Origin: Candidatus Latescibacterota bacterium | GTDB taxonomy: Bacteria; Latescibacterota; UBA2968; UBA8231 | Length of the DNA: 64,000 nucleotides | Assembly (NCBI GenBank): GCA_965215195.1 | Contig: CBDCDC010000002.1 | Span: 2,432,001-2,496,000 of the forward strand | Reading direction: 5' to 3' | Shown: positions 47,155 through 56,934 of the stretch, one piece after another | Numbering within the stretch: the first letter of the stretch is position 1 | Layout: every line of letters begins with the position of its first letter | The notes under the pieces: model-generated | The model's database searches: none | Told to the model about the DNA's origin: nothing | The model's input: the letters and a program-made list of their open reading frames with translations, nothing else | Made by a program: the position numbers and the translations under genes

Positions 47155-50151
47155 ATGCCCAACGATCGGCTTTCTAACGGCAGTAGAGCCGTCTTGCTGC
47201 TGACGATGCTGGCGGGAGGGGCGCACGGGCAAACGGGCGAGTGGCTGCAACTGCGCGGCGACCGCCAGATGAGCGGCCGGGCCGCGGGGGTCGGTCAAAT
47301 GCGCCACGGGCCGCCGCAAGAGCGCTGGCGCTACGACATTGCCGCTTGGGAGGGCTATGTGGAGGTGGCTCGGCACGAAGGCGACTCCTCGGTGACCTTG
47401 CCCTTTGCCGCTCCGGTCGCTCCCGAGTACATCAGCACCCATGGGCGGGCCTGGGGGATGGGGCCACAGGTTTTTAACCTCGGCGGCGTCGAGGTGGCCG
47501 TGCCGCTGGACAATGTCTTCAAGGTGGCCAAAATCCTGCCCGGGGTAGAGGGCTTGCAGCGCTTTGAAATGGGAAATTCGTTCAGCGACGGCGGGGCCGA
47601 GCCCAAGCAAGGCCGGCTGCTCGCGTACGACAGCGACGAGCCCCGGGTGGTGTGGGAGACCGAGTTCTTTACCAATACTTGGGACCCCAATGTCCTCGTA
47701 GTTGACGTCGATGTAGATGGCCAGCCCGATCTCGTCGTGGCCACCCACTACCGCATCCTCGTCTTCGACGGGGCCACCGGGGCGACCAAGATGCAGTTGC
47801 AGTACCACGGCTATCGCAACTACGGCTGGTTCGGGGCTGCCAATATCGACGGCGATCCGTACCCCGAATTCGGGGTGGTGGCCGATTTCAGCATGCACGT
47901 CGAGGTCATTGACAACGACGGGACGGAACTGACGTTGCGCTGGCTGCGCGACATTCAGCCCGATCCAGCACAATCGACCAAGGTGGTGCGACCCAAACCG
48001 CAGGCCCTAGTCGATGTGGACGGCGATGGCCGCTTCGAGCTGGTGTACAGCATGTACAACGGCCAGTGGCACATCGTCGGCGTGGATGCGCTCAGCGGCG
48101 AGACCCGCTTTGATTTTCCACGGCACCATTTGCACGGTATGGCCGATGTCGATGGCGACGGACGCTTGGAACTGTTCGTCTCGGCCACCACGGGCGAGGC
48201 CCTGCCGACCTATGCGCCGCTGGCGGTCTGGTCCTTGGAGGCGGGGGCGGCAACCGCGCGCTGGAGCCACGAGCGGGGGCGCTTCAGCACGGTATTGCTG
48301 AATCAATTGCCCTTGACGGTGAGCAGCGGGGCGGCCGACGGTTTGCGCACGGTGTCGACCGGCGATGTCGATGGCGATGGACGGCGCGATTTCTTTGCGC
48401 TTGCGCCGGACGGAGCAGGTGAAGTGTTGGTCGCTTTGGGCAGCGACGGCGCGGGACGCATTGGACCGCGGTGGGTGGTGCGCGGTCCGGCCGGGATGAC
48501 CCTCGAGACGGCCGCAGTGGCGGACGATGGGGCGGCCTTGTTGTATCTAAAGGGGAGTGGGCTTCCTAGTCAGGCGCTAATGCTGGAGCGGGCCTCGGGG
48601 GTGCTGCACCAGTGGAGCCGCCAAGCGTTTACCCCGGCCGGTACGCCAGTAGTGGCCGATTTGGAAGGGGATGGCCGGGTGGAAGTGGTCGTGCAGACCG
48701 CGACCCGGGAAGTGCTGTGTCTGCAAGCTCCGGGGGAGGGTGGGGGTGCGCCTCGGCCGCGGTGGCAGGTGCCGGGCTACGGCCAGACCAATAACGCGCC
48801 CTTCCACTGGGGCGTGGTCGCCGCGGACGTGGACGGCGATGGCGGCCGGGAAGTGTTGGCGGCGCGCGAGGCCGCCAGCGGCAACGCCAGCTTGGTGGCG
48901 CTCGCGGCCGATGGCTCCATCCGCTGGCAGACCGAGTTCGTTGGCTTTGACGGCAGTATGCCGATATGGAATTTCAGCGGCCTGTCCTACTGGAGCGCTG
49001 GGCATTTCCGCAGCAATGAGCACATGGATGTATTCGCCAGTTTGCGGCGCGGCAAGTTGGGCAGCGAAGTGGGCTTTTTGCTCGACGGACGCAGCGGCGA
49101 AATTGTCTGGGAATCCAATGGTTTCACCCTGCCCGAGGACGGCAGCGGCCGCAGTCTGGGCGGGCATCCCAGCGCGGCCGGGGATGTGGACGGCGACGGT
49201 CTGGAGGAGATCGTGGTGATGTGGCCCGACCGGCTGCACATTGTCGATGGAGTCGCGGGCACGGCGCAGGTAGTGCGCCAAGCCTATGGGTACACCAACG
49301 GACTCAATGCCCTGTTTGAGAGCGATTCCTTTGTCGGCTATGCGTTCCCAGCCGTGGTCGATTTGTTCGGCGACGGCCGGCCGCAACTCCTCTGGGGCCA
49401 CTGCGGCTACTTAAACGCCGTTTTGGACGGCGATGGCCAGCGCATCTGGCAGACTCCGTACCGCAACAATACCGAGGTGCAATCCCTGATGGGAGTGGGC
49501 GACAGCGATGGCGATGGGACCGTGGAATTGCTGGCTTCGACTGCGGACGGGGTGCGTCTGTTCGAGGCGGCGGACGGCGCAGTTTTGCTGGAATTCGACG
49601 ATGGGGTTCGGGCCCATACGGATGTGGTCTCCGGCGATGTAGATGGCGACGGGCGCGACGAGTTCCTGTTTGCCAGCGGCACCAAGTTGATCTGCGTGGA
49701 ACAGGAGGAAGGGGCCCTGCGTCGGGCCTGGACCCTCGAGGTGGAAGGTCGCAGCAGCGACATCGCCCTAGCCGATGTGGATGGGGACGGCTTTTTAGAT
49801 GCCGTGGTGACGACCGCGGACGGCTATGTAAAGGCGTACGTGGGGGAGACCGCAGCCACCGCGGCACAGGCCGTGGAGCGCACGCCGCCCAAAACGCATC
49901 TCCAGCCGCCTTATCCCAACCCGTTCAACAGTCGGATGCATATCGATTTCAGCGTGGGGCGGGGCGGGATGGTGCGGCTGGAGGTTTTCGGCCCGACTGG
50001 ACAGCGGGTAAAAACGCTGGTAGCGGCGTGGCGGAAACGAGGGGCTTACCGGGTGCGCTGGGACGCGGGCGGTCTCGCCAGCGGGGTGTACGTCGTGCGC
50101 TTGCAAACGGGCGATATTGTGCAGGAGCGCAAGGTGTCGTTGGTCAAGTGA
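47155..50151 (+). CDS. Secreted FG-GAP/VCBS repeat protein with C-terminal sorting-type (YPNPFN) Ig domain
   Basis: Many DVDGDG..E repeats; YPNPFN...LASGVYVVRL..K. Confidence 0.88.
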   Translation: MPNDRLSNGSRAVLLLTMLAGGAHGQTGEWLQLRGDRQMSGRAAGVGQMRHGPPQERWRYDIAAWEGYVEVARHEGDSSVTLPFAAPVAPEYISTHGRAWGMGPQVFNLGGVEVAVPLDNVFKVAKILPGVEGLQRFEMGNSFSDGGAEPKQGRLLAYDSDEPRVVWETEFFTNTWDPNVLVVDVDVDGQPDLVVATHYRILVFDGATGATKMQLQYHGYRNYGWFGAANIDGDPYPEFGVVADFSMHVEVIDNDGTELTLRWLRDIQPDPAQSTKVVRPKPQALVDVDGDGRFELVYSMYNGQWHIVGVDALSGETRFDFPRHHLHGMADVDGDGRLELFVSATTGEALPTYAPLAVWSLEAGAATARWSHERGRFSTVLLNQLPLTVSSGAADGLRTVSTGDVDGDGRRDFFALAPDGAGEVLVALGSDGAGRIGPRWVVRGPAGMTLETAAVADDGAALLYLKGSGLPSQALMLERASGVLHQWSRQAFTPAGTPVVADLEGDGRVEVVVQTATREVLCLQAPGEGGGAPRPRWQVPGYGQTNNAPFHWGVVAADVDGDGGREVLAAREAASGNASLVALAADGSIRWQTEFVGFDGSMPIWNFSGLSYWSAGHFRSNEHMDVFASLRRGKLGSEVGFLLDGRSGEIVWESNGFTLPEDGSGRSLGGHPSAAGDVDGDGLEEIVVMWPDRLHIVDGVAGTAQVVRQAYGYTNGLNALFESDSFVGYAFPAVVDLFGDGRPQLLWGHCGYLNAVLDGDGQRIWQTPYRNNTEVQSLMGVGDSDGDGTVELLASTADGVRLFEAADGAVLLEFDDGVRAHTDVVSGDVDGDGRDEFLFASGTKLICVEQEEGALRRAWTLEVEGRSSDIALADVDGDGFLDAVVTTADGYVKAYVGETAATAAQAVERTPPKTHLQPPYPNPFNSRMHIDFSVGRGGMVRLEVFGPTGQRVKTLVAAWRKRGAYRVRWDAGGLASGVYVVRLQTGDIVQERKVSLVK

Positions 50152-50265
50152 GCCACAACGTGAAGCAGAGGCAGCGAATGAGTCAGGCCCGCTGCTCCAT
50201 GTACGCGAATAAGGCATCGGCGTTCCTTGGGCCAATTTTCTGGCTAGGTTTATTTTGTCGTTCGC

Positions 50266-50397
50266 CTTACTACACGACACCAGCCCTCAGCCTGCCAAGG
50301 ATCGAGGGCATCTTGCCCTCGATCCCGGACCCATCGGTAACAGCAGAAAATGCGTACTCAAAGTAAGTATCGCCTACTTTAGGTGTCGTGTACTAAG
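50266..50397. mobile_element. MITE family B copy with REP-like palindrome
   Basis: Ends cttactacacgacacc / ggtgtcgtgtactaag; internal GATCGAGGGC-ATCTT-GCCCTCGATC; inverted copy at 55382-55498. Confidence 0.75.
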
Positions 50398-50457
50398 GTC
50401 GTTCGCTAAAGAAAAGCAATATCAAGCGGCATATTACAACTACAACGGAGGAAGTGT

Positions 50458-51411
50458 ATGGCCCGGCATCTTCTGAGTCTATCCCTAATTCTCGCGCTGC
50501 TGGACGTCGCCAGTGCCCAAACCCCACCTGCCGATGGCCCCTTTGCCTTCGCCCTAATCGGGGACATGCCCTACGCTCCGGCCGACAGCGTCCGCTTTGG
50601 GCGGCTCGTCGAGGAAATTAACCGGGCCGAGGGCTTGGAATGGGTCGTCCACGTGGGCGACATCAAGGGCGGCAGCAGCCCCTGTACCGATGGCCTACTG
50701 CAGAGCCGCTTCGAGTGGTTCCAGCAATTTGAACGCCCTTTCATTTTCGCTCCGGGCGACAACGATTGGACCGACTGCCACCGGAGCGGATACCAGCCAC
50801 TGGACCGGCTGGCGCGATTGCGGGTGCTCTTCTTCCCGCGCCCGGGTTGGACTCTGGGTCAGCACCCCATGCGCGTCGGCACCCAAGGAGGCACCTTCCC
50901 CGAGCACGTGCGCTGGACCCACGGGCGGACGAGCTTTGCGGTGCTGCACATAGTCGGCAGCGGCAACGCCACCGCCGCGTTTGACGGTCGCACTCAGGCC
51001 AACGACGAGGAAGTCAAAAGTCGCACCGAAGCCGCCATTGCTTGGATGCGCGCAACATTTGCCCAAGCTACAGAACAAGACCATCGCGCCGTCTTTCTCA
51101 TCATCCACGCCAATCCGCGCTTTGAGAAACGGGAAGACGAGCCGGACGGGCCGTACGCGGCTTTTTTGCAGGCTCTAGAGCAAGAGGTCGTCCGCTTTGG
51201 CCGACCGGTGGCCCTAGCCCACGGCGATTCCCATTATTTCCGCGTCGACAAGCCGCTGCGCCAAACGGCCACGGGCCAGCGCTTGGTGCGCTTCACGCGC
51301 ATTGAACCCTTTGGCACACCCGATATCCACTATCTGCGGATGATCGTCGATCCAGCCGACGGCCATATCTTCCAAGTTCGTGCCGAAATCGTCGAGGCTA
51401 ATCTCGACTGA
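50458..51411 (+). CDS. Secreted calcineurin-like metallophosphoesterase
   Basis: GDMPY, HVGDIK, PGDNDW, HGDSH. Confidence 0.85.
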   Translation: MARHLLSLSLILALLDVASAQTPPADGPFAFALIGDMPYAPADSVRFGRLVEEINRAEGLEWVVHVGDIKGGSSPCTDGLLQSRFEWFQQFERPFIFAPGDNDWTDCHRSGYQPLDRLARLRVLFFPRPGWTLGQHPMRVGTQGGTFPEHVRWTHGRTSFAVLHIVGSGNATAAFDGRTQANDEEVKSRTEAAIAWMRATFAQATEQDHRAVFLIIHANPRFEKREDEPDGPYAAFLQALEQEVVRFGRPVALAHGDSHYFRVDKPLRQTATGQRLVRFTRIEPFGTPDIHYLRMIVDPADGHIFQVRAEIVEANLD

Positions 51412-51740
51412 GCCTATATAGCGTAGAAAATCAACCGTATGCTGCGCATGGGCCTTGGGATAGCGTTGCATGAGGAAGGTCCCCTTGACCACAGGTTTGA
51501 CGTTGCCGCCCATTTTCAATAGCCACCTCAAGGCGTTGGTCTCGGCGTCCCCAACCATATCCGCAGGCATCTGCCCAACACAGGTGCGACTTATCGAGAA
51601 AAAAAGCACTGACCGCACCGGCTTCGATCTCGGCTTTATGCGCCGCTCGTTTTTTTATCTCTTCTCGTTGGTCCAGCCCCTGTTGTGGATCGGCTTGGGG
51701 CTGTCGAGCCGGCGTCTTTTTCTAGCTATAGCCCGCCTGA

Positions 51741-51855
51741 GAAGCCGTCTGAAAACTAGGGTTTCGCTCTCGGCCTTGACTCCAAGCCGCTGGGATCGAG
51801 GGCGTCTCGCCCGCGAAAAACGCCGGACGCCGCGGTCGCTGGACCGCCTTGCAAA
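51741..51855. mobile_element. MITE family A partial copy
   Basis: Begins GAAGCCGTCTGAAAA; body is the reverse complement of 8026-8122. Confidence 0.75.
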
Positions 51856-52041
51856 ATTGGCTATGCGGTTGAGTTCGTCGCGGCAGATGTCGTAGTCGGG
51901 GAACTTTAACGGCGATCCGAACACGAGCTCGCCGCTATCCACATCGATGTCGGTTCTGTCGAGTTCAGCTTTCAACTTGCACAAATAGCTGGCAAACGGG
52001 TTGTCTTCTGATGGGTCAAAGGAATCCATAAGATGATTCAA
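51856..52041 (-). pseudogene. Gene fragment truncated at a MITE
   Basis: Protein-like DPSEDNPFASYLCKL..FGSPLKFPDYDICRDELNRIAN changes to repeat-derived sequence at the MITE boundary. Confidence 0.4.
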
Positions 52042-52053
52042 ACTGGCCTGACC

Positions 52054-53016
52054 CTACAACGCCCCCCGATGCCCCCGGCGAATGGCCTCGCACAAGCGCA
52101 TGGTATGCACGGCATCGTCCAAGTTCGACCACGGCGTGCGATCTTGCAGAATGCAATCGACAAAGTGGACGACCTCGTTGAAGCCAGCCCCGCCCATTGC
52201 TTCGATCTCCTCGGCCTCTACGCTAAAGGCCCGGCCCTTGTCATAGCCCTCCACCTGCGGCCCCCGGGTCATATCGAGATAGACCGACAAATCCTCGCCG
52301 TGTACTTCGGCCCGCTGAATGCGGTAGCCCACTCCGTAGTGGCTCATCATCGCGCCGAAGGTGCCCGTGTCGAAACGCATCACGGCGTTGTGGCGATGGC
52401 ACCCGGGCCGCTCGCCGTCTTGCACCATCCCTTGCACCTCCACCGGCAGGGCCGCTTCCTCGGCACTGGGGCCAGCCAGCCAGCGCAGCAGATCGACGTG
52501 GTGAATGGCGTCGCATACCACCGGATCAGGCGCGGCCGGCCCCAACAGGGTCACCGGCTTGTTGTACGTGGCCGCGCAATGCACCGCGCCCCCGGCCGCC
52601 CGGATGCGCTGCCGCACGGCGAGCACTTGGGGGAAGTAACGCCGATTAAAAGACACGAGGGCCTTGCCTTGGCTTTGCTGGGCCGCTTGGGCCATTTGCG
52701 CGGTCTCGGCTGTGGTCATGCCCGGGGCTTTCTCTACCGAGGTGTGCAGCCCGCGCTCCAAGCAATCGAGTACGATGGGCAGCAAGTGGCCGGGCATGGT
52801 GACCACGTGTACGAGCTCTGGCCGACAGACATTGAGCATCTCCCGATAGTCGGCAAAGGCGCGTTCCGGCCCCCATTCGGCCTGATTTTTGCGCCGCCGC
52901 TCCTCGCTTAGCTCGGCAATGCCCACCAAGCGCAGGCGCGGCTCGTCGGCAATCATGCGGAAGTGCGACTGGGCGTGGCCGCCGCAGCCGATGACCGCTA
53001 CTTTCAAGTCTGCCAT
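52054..53016 (-). CDS. Gfo/Idh/MocA oxidoreductase
   Basis: VIGCGG, VEK.PG, FNRRY, AIHHVDLLRW. Confidence 0.9.
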   Translation of the reverse strand: MADLKVAVIGCGGHAQSHFRMIADEPRLRLVGIAELSEERRRKNQAEWGPERAFADYREMLNVCRPELVHVVTMPGHLLPIVLDCLERGLHTSVEKAPGMTTAETAQMAQAAQQSQGKALVSFNRRYFPQVLAVRQRIRAAGGAVHCAATYNKPVTLLGPAAPDPVVCDAIHHVDLLRWLAGPSAEEAALPVEVQGMVQDGERPGCHRHNAVMRFDTGTFGAMMSHYGVGYRIQRAEVHGEDLSVYLDMTRGPQVEGYDKGRAFSVEAEEIEAMGGAGFNEVVHFVDCILQDRTPWSNLDDAVHTMRLCEAIRRGHRGAL

Positions 53017-53170
53017 AGGATTTCCTTTCTAAGTGGTTGAGTAGCTGCCAATATACAGTGCCGAGTTCTTGGCCCCAACAGAGGGCCTTTGCAACGTCCG
53101 TCGACAAATTTGACAGGGGATTGTGGAGCCAGTATAGTGTTTCACCTCGATTCACGACATTGCAAAGGAT

Positions 53171-53794
53171 ATGCTCATGCGCGTCATTGCCGTCGGCTGC
53201 GAATACTCAGGCGTCAGCACCCTCATTGAGCAGGTGCATCAATGGGGGCTGAGTCGCGGAATTAGCCACCATCTCGACGACCACTTTACCATACCAGACG
53301 CCTATCACCTCAGCGACGAGGAGCAGCGGGCCATGCTGGCCATGCTGCCGGCCATCAAGGAGCGCTTCCAGCGCTTCCAGATCGTCTATCACGTGCGCTT
53401 GCTGCACCGCTATCGAGACATCTTATTGGGCGGCTTCCACATCGAGGAAAAGGTGTACGGCCCCAAGTACTACTACCCAAGCATCGACATCGACATCCGC
53501 GAATACGAGCCGAACATGCCCGACGACACCATGCTCGTCCACCTGCACGCTGCGCCCGCAACAATCCGCGCCCGCATGGCCGCAACCCCACATCCGCACT
53601 CATTGGTCCCGGCCGCAGACGTGCCAGAAATACTAGATCGTTTCGCGCAAGAGGTGCGGGCCTCTTGGATTGGCCGCAAATTCGCCATTGACACCACCGA
53701 CCTAACGCCGCCCCAACTCCTCGCAACCTTCCTCAACCGCTCCATCCCCCACCTCAATCCCGGCGACGCCGCCACGCGGCTTTTGGCCGGCTAG
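53171..53794 (+). CDS. P-loop kinase-like hypothetical protein with deviant Walker A
   Basis: VIAVGCEYSGVSTL; LVHLHA...IRARM lid-like motif; IDTT. Confidence 0.6.
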   Translation: MLMRVIAVGCEYSGVSTLIEQVHQWGLSRGISHHLDDHFTIPDAYHLSDEEQRAMLAMLPAIKERFQRFQIVYHVRLLHRYRDILLGGFHIEEKVYGPKYYYPSIDIDIREYEPNMPDDTMLVHLHAAPATIRARMAATPHPHSLVPAADVPEILDRFAQEVRASWIGRKFAIDTTDLTPPQLLATFLNRSIPHLNPGDAATRLLAG

Positions 53795-53828
53795 CAAGCC
53801 GCTCAATCACAACGCACGGAGTACGGAA

Positions 53829-55112
53829 ATGGCAGATTCGAGAAGGGACTTTTTCAGAAAGACGGGCAACCTCGCGCTCGGCGCGGCGACTGCGTCCTTA
53901 TGGGCCTCCGACAGCCTGCAAAAGGTCCACGCGGCCTCTGAACGCCTCGGCCATGCCTCTCCAGAGGCCAGCGCGTCGGACGAACCTTTCTGGTACAGCG
54001 TGCGCGGAGCGTTCAATTTGTCGCCCCAGCTTATCAACTTTGAGAACGGATATTTCAGTCCGCAGCCGGAAGCCGGGGTTGATGAGGTGTGCAAAAGTGC
54101 CCGCGCCATCAATGAGATTCCCTCGTTTTACATGCGGCGCAAGCTGGTGGACGACACCCGCGCAGCGCATCAATTGCTAGCCCGCTTTGCCGGTTGCTCA
54201 GACGAAGAAATCCTCCTGACGCGCAACACGACCGAATCGCTCAACATCGTCATCATGGGGCTGAAGCTCCAACCCGGGGACGAGGCTTTGTGGGGAACCT
54301 ACGAATACGGCAGCATGAAGGTCGCGTTTGAGCAGCGCGCCGCCCGCGAGGGCATCGTGAACAAGGTACTCGACCTGCCCATCACCGCCATGGACAATGC
54401 CGAGATCGTCGCGGCCTATAAAAGGGCCATTACGCCGCGCACCAAAGTGATCCTCGTCTCTCACATCGTCTATCTAACCGGCCAAGTGCTGCCCGTGCGC
54501 GAAATCTGCGACATGGCCCACGAGCGGGGCGTGGAAGTCATCGTCGATGGTGCCCACGCCTTTGCCCATCTGGCCGCCAAAATCCCCGACCTCCACTGCG
54601 ATTACTACGGAGCGAGTTTGCACAAGTGGATGTTGGCACCGCTGGGCACGGGCATATTGTACATCAAAAAAGAGAACATCGAGAAGGTGTGGCCGCTCTT
54701 CGGCGACGCTGGGTACGCCTCGGACTCGATCCGCAAGTTCGCCCACATTGGCACGTATCCAGCCTACTTGCAACTGGCCTTGGCCGAGGCCATCCGCTTT
54801 AACCAAACCATCGGCCTAAAGCGCAAAGAAGCGCGCTTGCGCTACATCAAAAACTACTGGGTCAATCGCCTAATCGACGTGCCCAACATCGCGGTCCACA
54901 CGCCCCGCGAGGCCCATCGCTCGTGCGCCATTTCCACCGTGGGCATTGAGGGGCAAGATCCCGGGGACATTGCCAACGCCCTGTACGACAAGTATAAGAT
55001 CTTCACCGTGCCGCCGGGCTATCCCGGAGCGGTGCGGATATGTCCGAACATATACACGACGCCCTATGAACTGGATCTATTCGTCCAAGCGATGAAAGAA
55101 CTGGCCGCCTAA
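53829..55112 (+). CDS. Tat-exported class V aminotransferase (isopenicillin-N epimerase/cysteine desulfurase-like)
   Basis: SRRDFF twin-arginine; RNTTE, VDGAH, SLHKW. Confidence 0.9.
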   Translation: MADSRRDFFRKTGNLALGAATASLWASDSLQKVHAASERLGHASPEASASDEPFWYSVRGAFNLSPQLINFENGYFSPQPEAGVDEVCKSARAINEIPSFYMRRKLVDDTRAAHQLLARFAGCSDEEILLTRNTTESLNIVIMGLKLQPGDEALWGTYEYGSMKVAFEQRAAREGIVNKVLDLPITAMDNAEIVAAYKRAITPRTKVILVSHIVYLTGQVLPVREICDMAHERGVEVIVDGAHAFAHLAAKIPDLHCDYYGASLHKWMLAPLGTGILYIKKENIEKVWPLFGDAGYASDSIRKFAHIGTYPAYLQLALAEAIRFNQTIGLKRKEARLRYIKNYWVNRLIDVPNIAVHTPREAHRSCAISTVGIEGQDPGDIANALYDKYKIFTVPPGYPGAVRICPNIYTTPYELDLFVQAMKELAA

Positions 55113-55381
55113 TCTAGCGCGGGCGTCCAATACGCCTGCGGGTCTCTCGCGCTATGGCCCACGCGCCGTCAATGCGTACAGATTGCTCAACACCGCTAAC
55201 CGGATGTGGCTGTACGCGCGATGGATGACCGCGTTCACTAGTGCTCTTCTTCCGGATCGGCCAACAGCAACTCAGTTGCTACATCTGGCGGCATGGCTAA
55301 CAGGGTCTCAATTAGCCGTATGGATAAGGCGGTTGTGCTGACGACGCCCCTAGATGCGCGGGCGTCCCTAGTAATGCCCAT

Positions 55382-55498
55382 TTTGAACAGTACTATTTCT
55401 GCGGTTTCCGCTGGGTCCGGGATCGAGGGCGTCCCCCCTCGCCGAGGGCAAGATGCCCTCGATCCTTGGCCGGCTGAGGGCTGGTGTCGTGTAGTAAG
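55382..55498. mobile_element. MITE family B inverted copy
   Basis: Reverse complement of 50266-50365 with an extra REP-like arm. Confidence 0.7.
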
Positions 55499-55605
55499 AT
55501 CATACCTATAAATATGACGTTACGCACGATCGTTATTCCCTACGCACCGAGGGAACGACGACGCCGCGTTCATCTGGGTTTAGCTACGGAGGAAAACGAG
55601 GAATC

Positions 55606-56424
55606 ATGATCAAATTGGCGACTATGAGCAGCGCGTGTCCAGACTGGACCTTGGACGAGGTCGTCGCCGGCATGAAGCGGCACGGCTATCAGGGGTTTGA
55701 ACCGCGCGTCGAATGGGATCACGCCTGCGGCATTGAGGCCGCGCTTGCGGCCAAAGAGCGACGGGAGGTTCGCCAACGGATGGAGGACGAGGGTCTCGCA
55801 ATTTGCTGCATTGCAACCGGGGTGCGCATGGCTGCGCCCGACGCGGCCGAGCGGGCCAAGCACGTGGAGGACGTGAAAAAGTACATCGACTTGGCGGCTG
55901 ATTTGGGCTGTGGTTTGGTGCGGGTTTTCGGCGGCCAGCGCGACCGGAGCCGCGAGTGGACTGCGGTCGTCGATTACGTGGTGGAGGGCTTTGCGCAAGT
56001 GTTGCCGGCAGCGGCTGAACGCGGCGTGACGCTGCTGTTGGAAACGCACGACGATTGGTGCTGCTCGGCTCCGGTGCGCGCGGTCGTCGAGCGGGCCGGG
56101 CACCCGAATTTGCAGGTGTTGTGGGATTTTATGCACACGCAGCGGATGCTCGAAGAGCCGGCCGAGAGCTTCCGGCTGCTCGGAGCGCACACGCGCCACA
56201 TCCACGCTCACGACGGGGTGATCGTCGATGGCAGGGTGCAGGTCAGCGAGGTGCTGGGCGCGGGCGTCTTCGATCACGCCGAGCCGCTGCGCTTGCTCGC
56301 TGAAGCTGGATTTGCTGGGTATTGCTCGGTGGAAGTGATCTACAAGCGCGGCAGCGGGGGGCGGGCCGATGCGGTGTTGGGGCAGTATGCCGCGGGGCTG
56401 CGGGGGATTTTTCTTCCGAAATAG
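55606..56424 (+). CDS. Sugar phosphate isomerase/epimerase
   Basis: CPDWTL, ETHD, WD..H, H.HD motifs. Confidence 0.88.
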   Translation: MIKLATMSSACPDWTLDEVVAGMKRHGYQGFEPRVEWDHACGIEAALAAKERREVRQRMEDEGLAICCIATGVRMAAPDAAERAKHVEDVKKYIDLAADLGCGLVRVFGGQRDRSREWTAVVDYVVEGFAQVLPAAAERGVTLLLETHDDWCCSAPVRAVVERAGHPNLQVLWDFMHTQRMLEEPAESFRLLGAHTRHIHAHDGVIVDGRVQVSEVLGAGVFDHAEPLRLLAEAGFAGYCSVEVIYKRGSGGRADAVLGQYAAGLRGIFLPK

Positions 56425-56426
56425 CG

Positions 56427-56510
56427 ATGAAAGAAACGATTTATATCGGAGATCGAGAGTTCACCGTTCAGATTCACGACGAATATGGAGGGTACTGGTT
56501 CCCGAATTGA
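56427..56510 (+). pseudogene. Possible truncated HicB-like antitoxin fragment
   Basis: REFTVQIHDEYGGYW resembles the HicB N-terminal strand-turn; only 27 aa. Confidence 0.35.
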
Positions 56511-56691
56511 ACAGCGGCTCTTCAATAGGTTCTGCCTGACGAGAGCGAAACTGCCCTCCCAAACAAGCGACCGCGGCACCATAGGCGAGGACGCCGCCGA
56601 CAAATAGGGCGAACAGCGCGTGGCGCAGCGGAGCAGACAGCGTTACCTGCTCCGCAAAATTTGCAGCAGTTTCATCAGAATAGGACCTTAC

Positions 56692-56934
56692 TCAGTCGGC
56701 GGCATCTAACAGGTGCCTAAAGGCTTCAAGGCTATGCACCTGTATGGCCATCCGATGCAACTGCTTGAGGCGCTGCACATCGTCGATGGCCCCAAGGCGG
56801 GCGGCCAACGGATCCGACGCGGCCGCATCAAAACGCAGTGCCAACACGTCTTGGATGCTTTCTCGGATGCCTTGCTCAATGCCTTGCTCAATGCCCTTTT
56901 CCGTGAAATACTGCACTACCGACGATTCGTACAT
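56692..56934 (-). CDS. Putative nested in-frame small protein (RpnS-like, 80 aa)
   Basis: GGAGGAG-ACC-ATG inside rpn (IAEETM|YESS), in frame, just before the EQG repeats. Confidence 0.55.
   Translation of the reverse strand: MYESSVVQYFTEKGIEQGIEQGIRESIQDVLALRFDAAASDPLAARLGAIDDVQRLKQLHRMAIQVHSLEAFRHLLDAAD

Noticed and set aside
51214-51895. ORFs 51214-51618 (-) and 51470-51895 (+)
   Set aside because: They overlap a real gene or a MITE and show no recognisable motifs.
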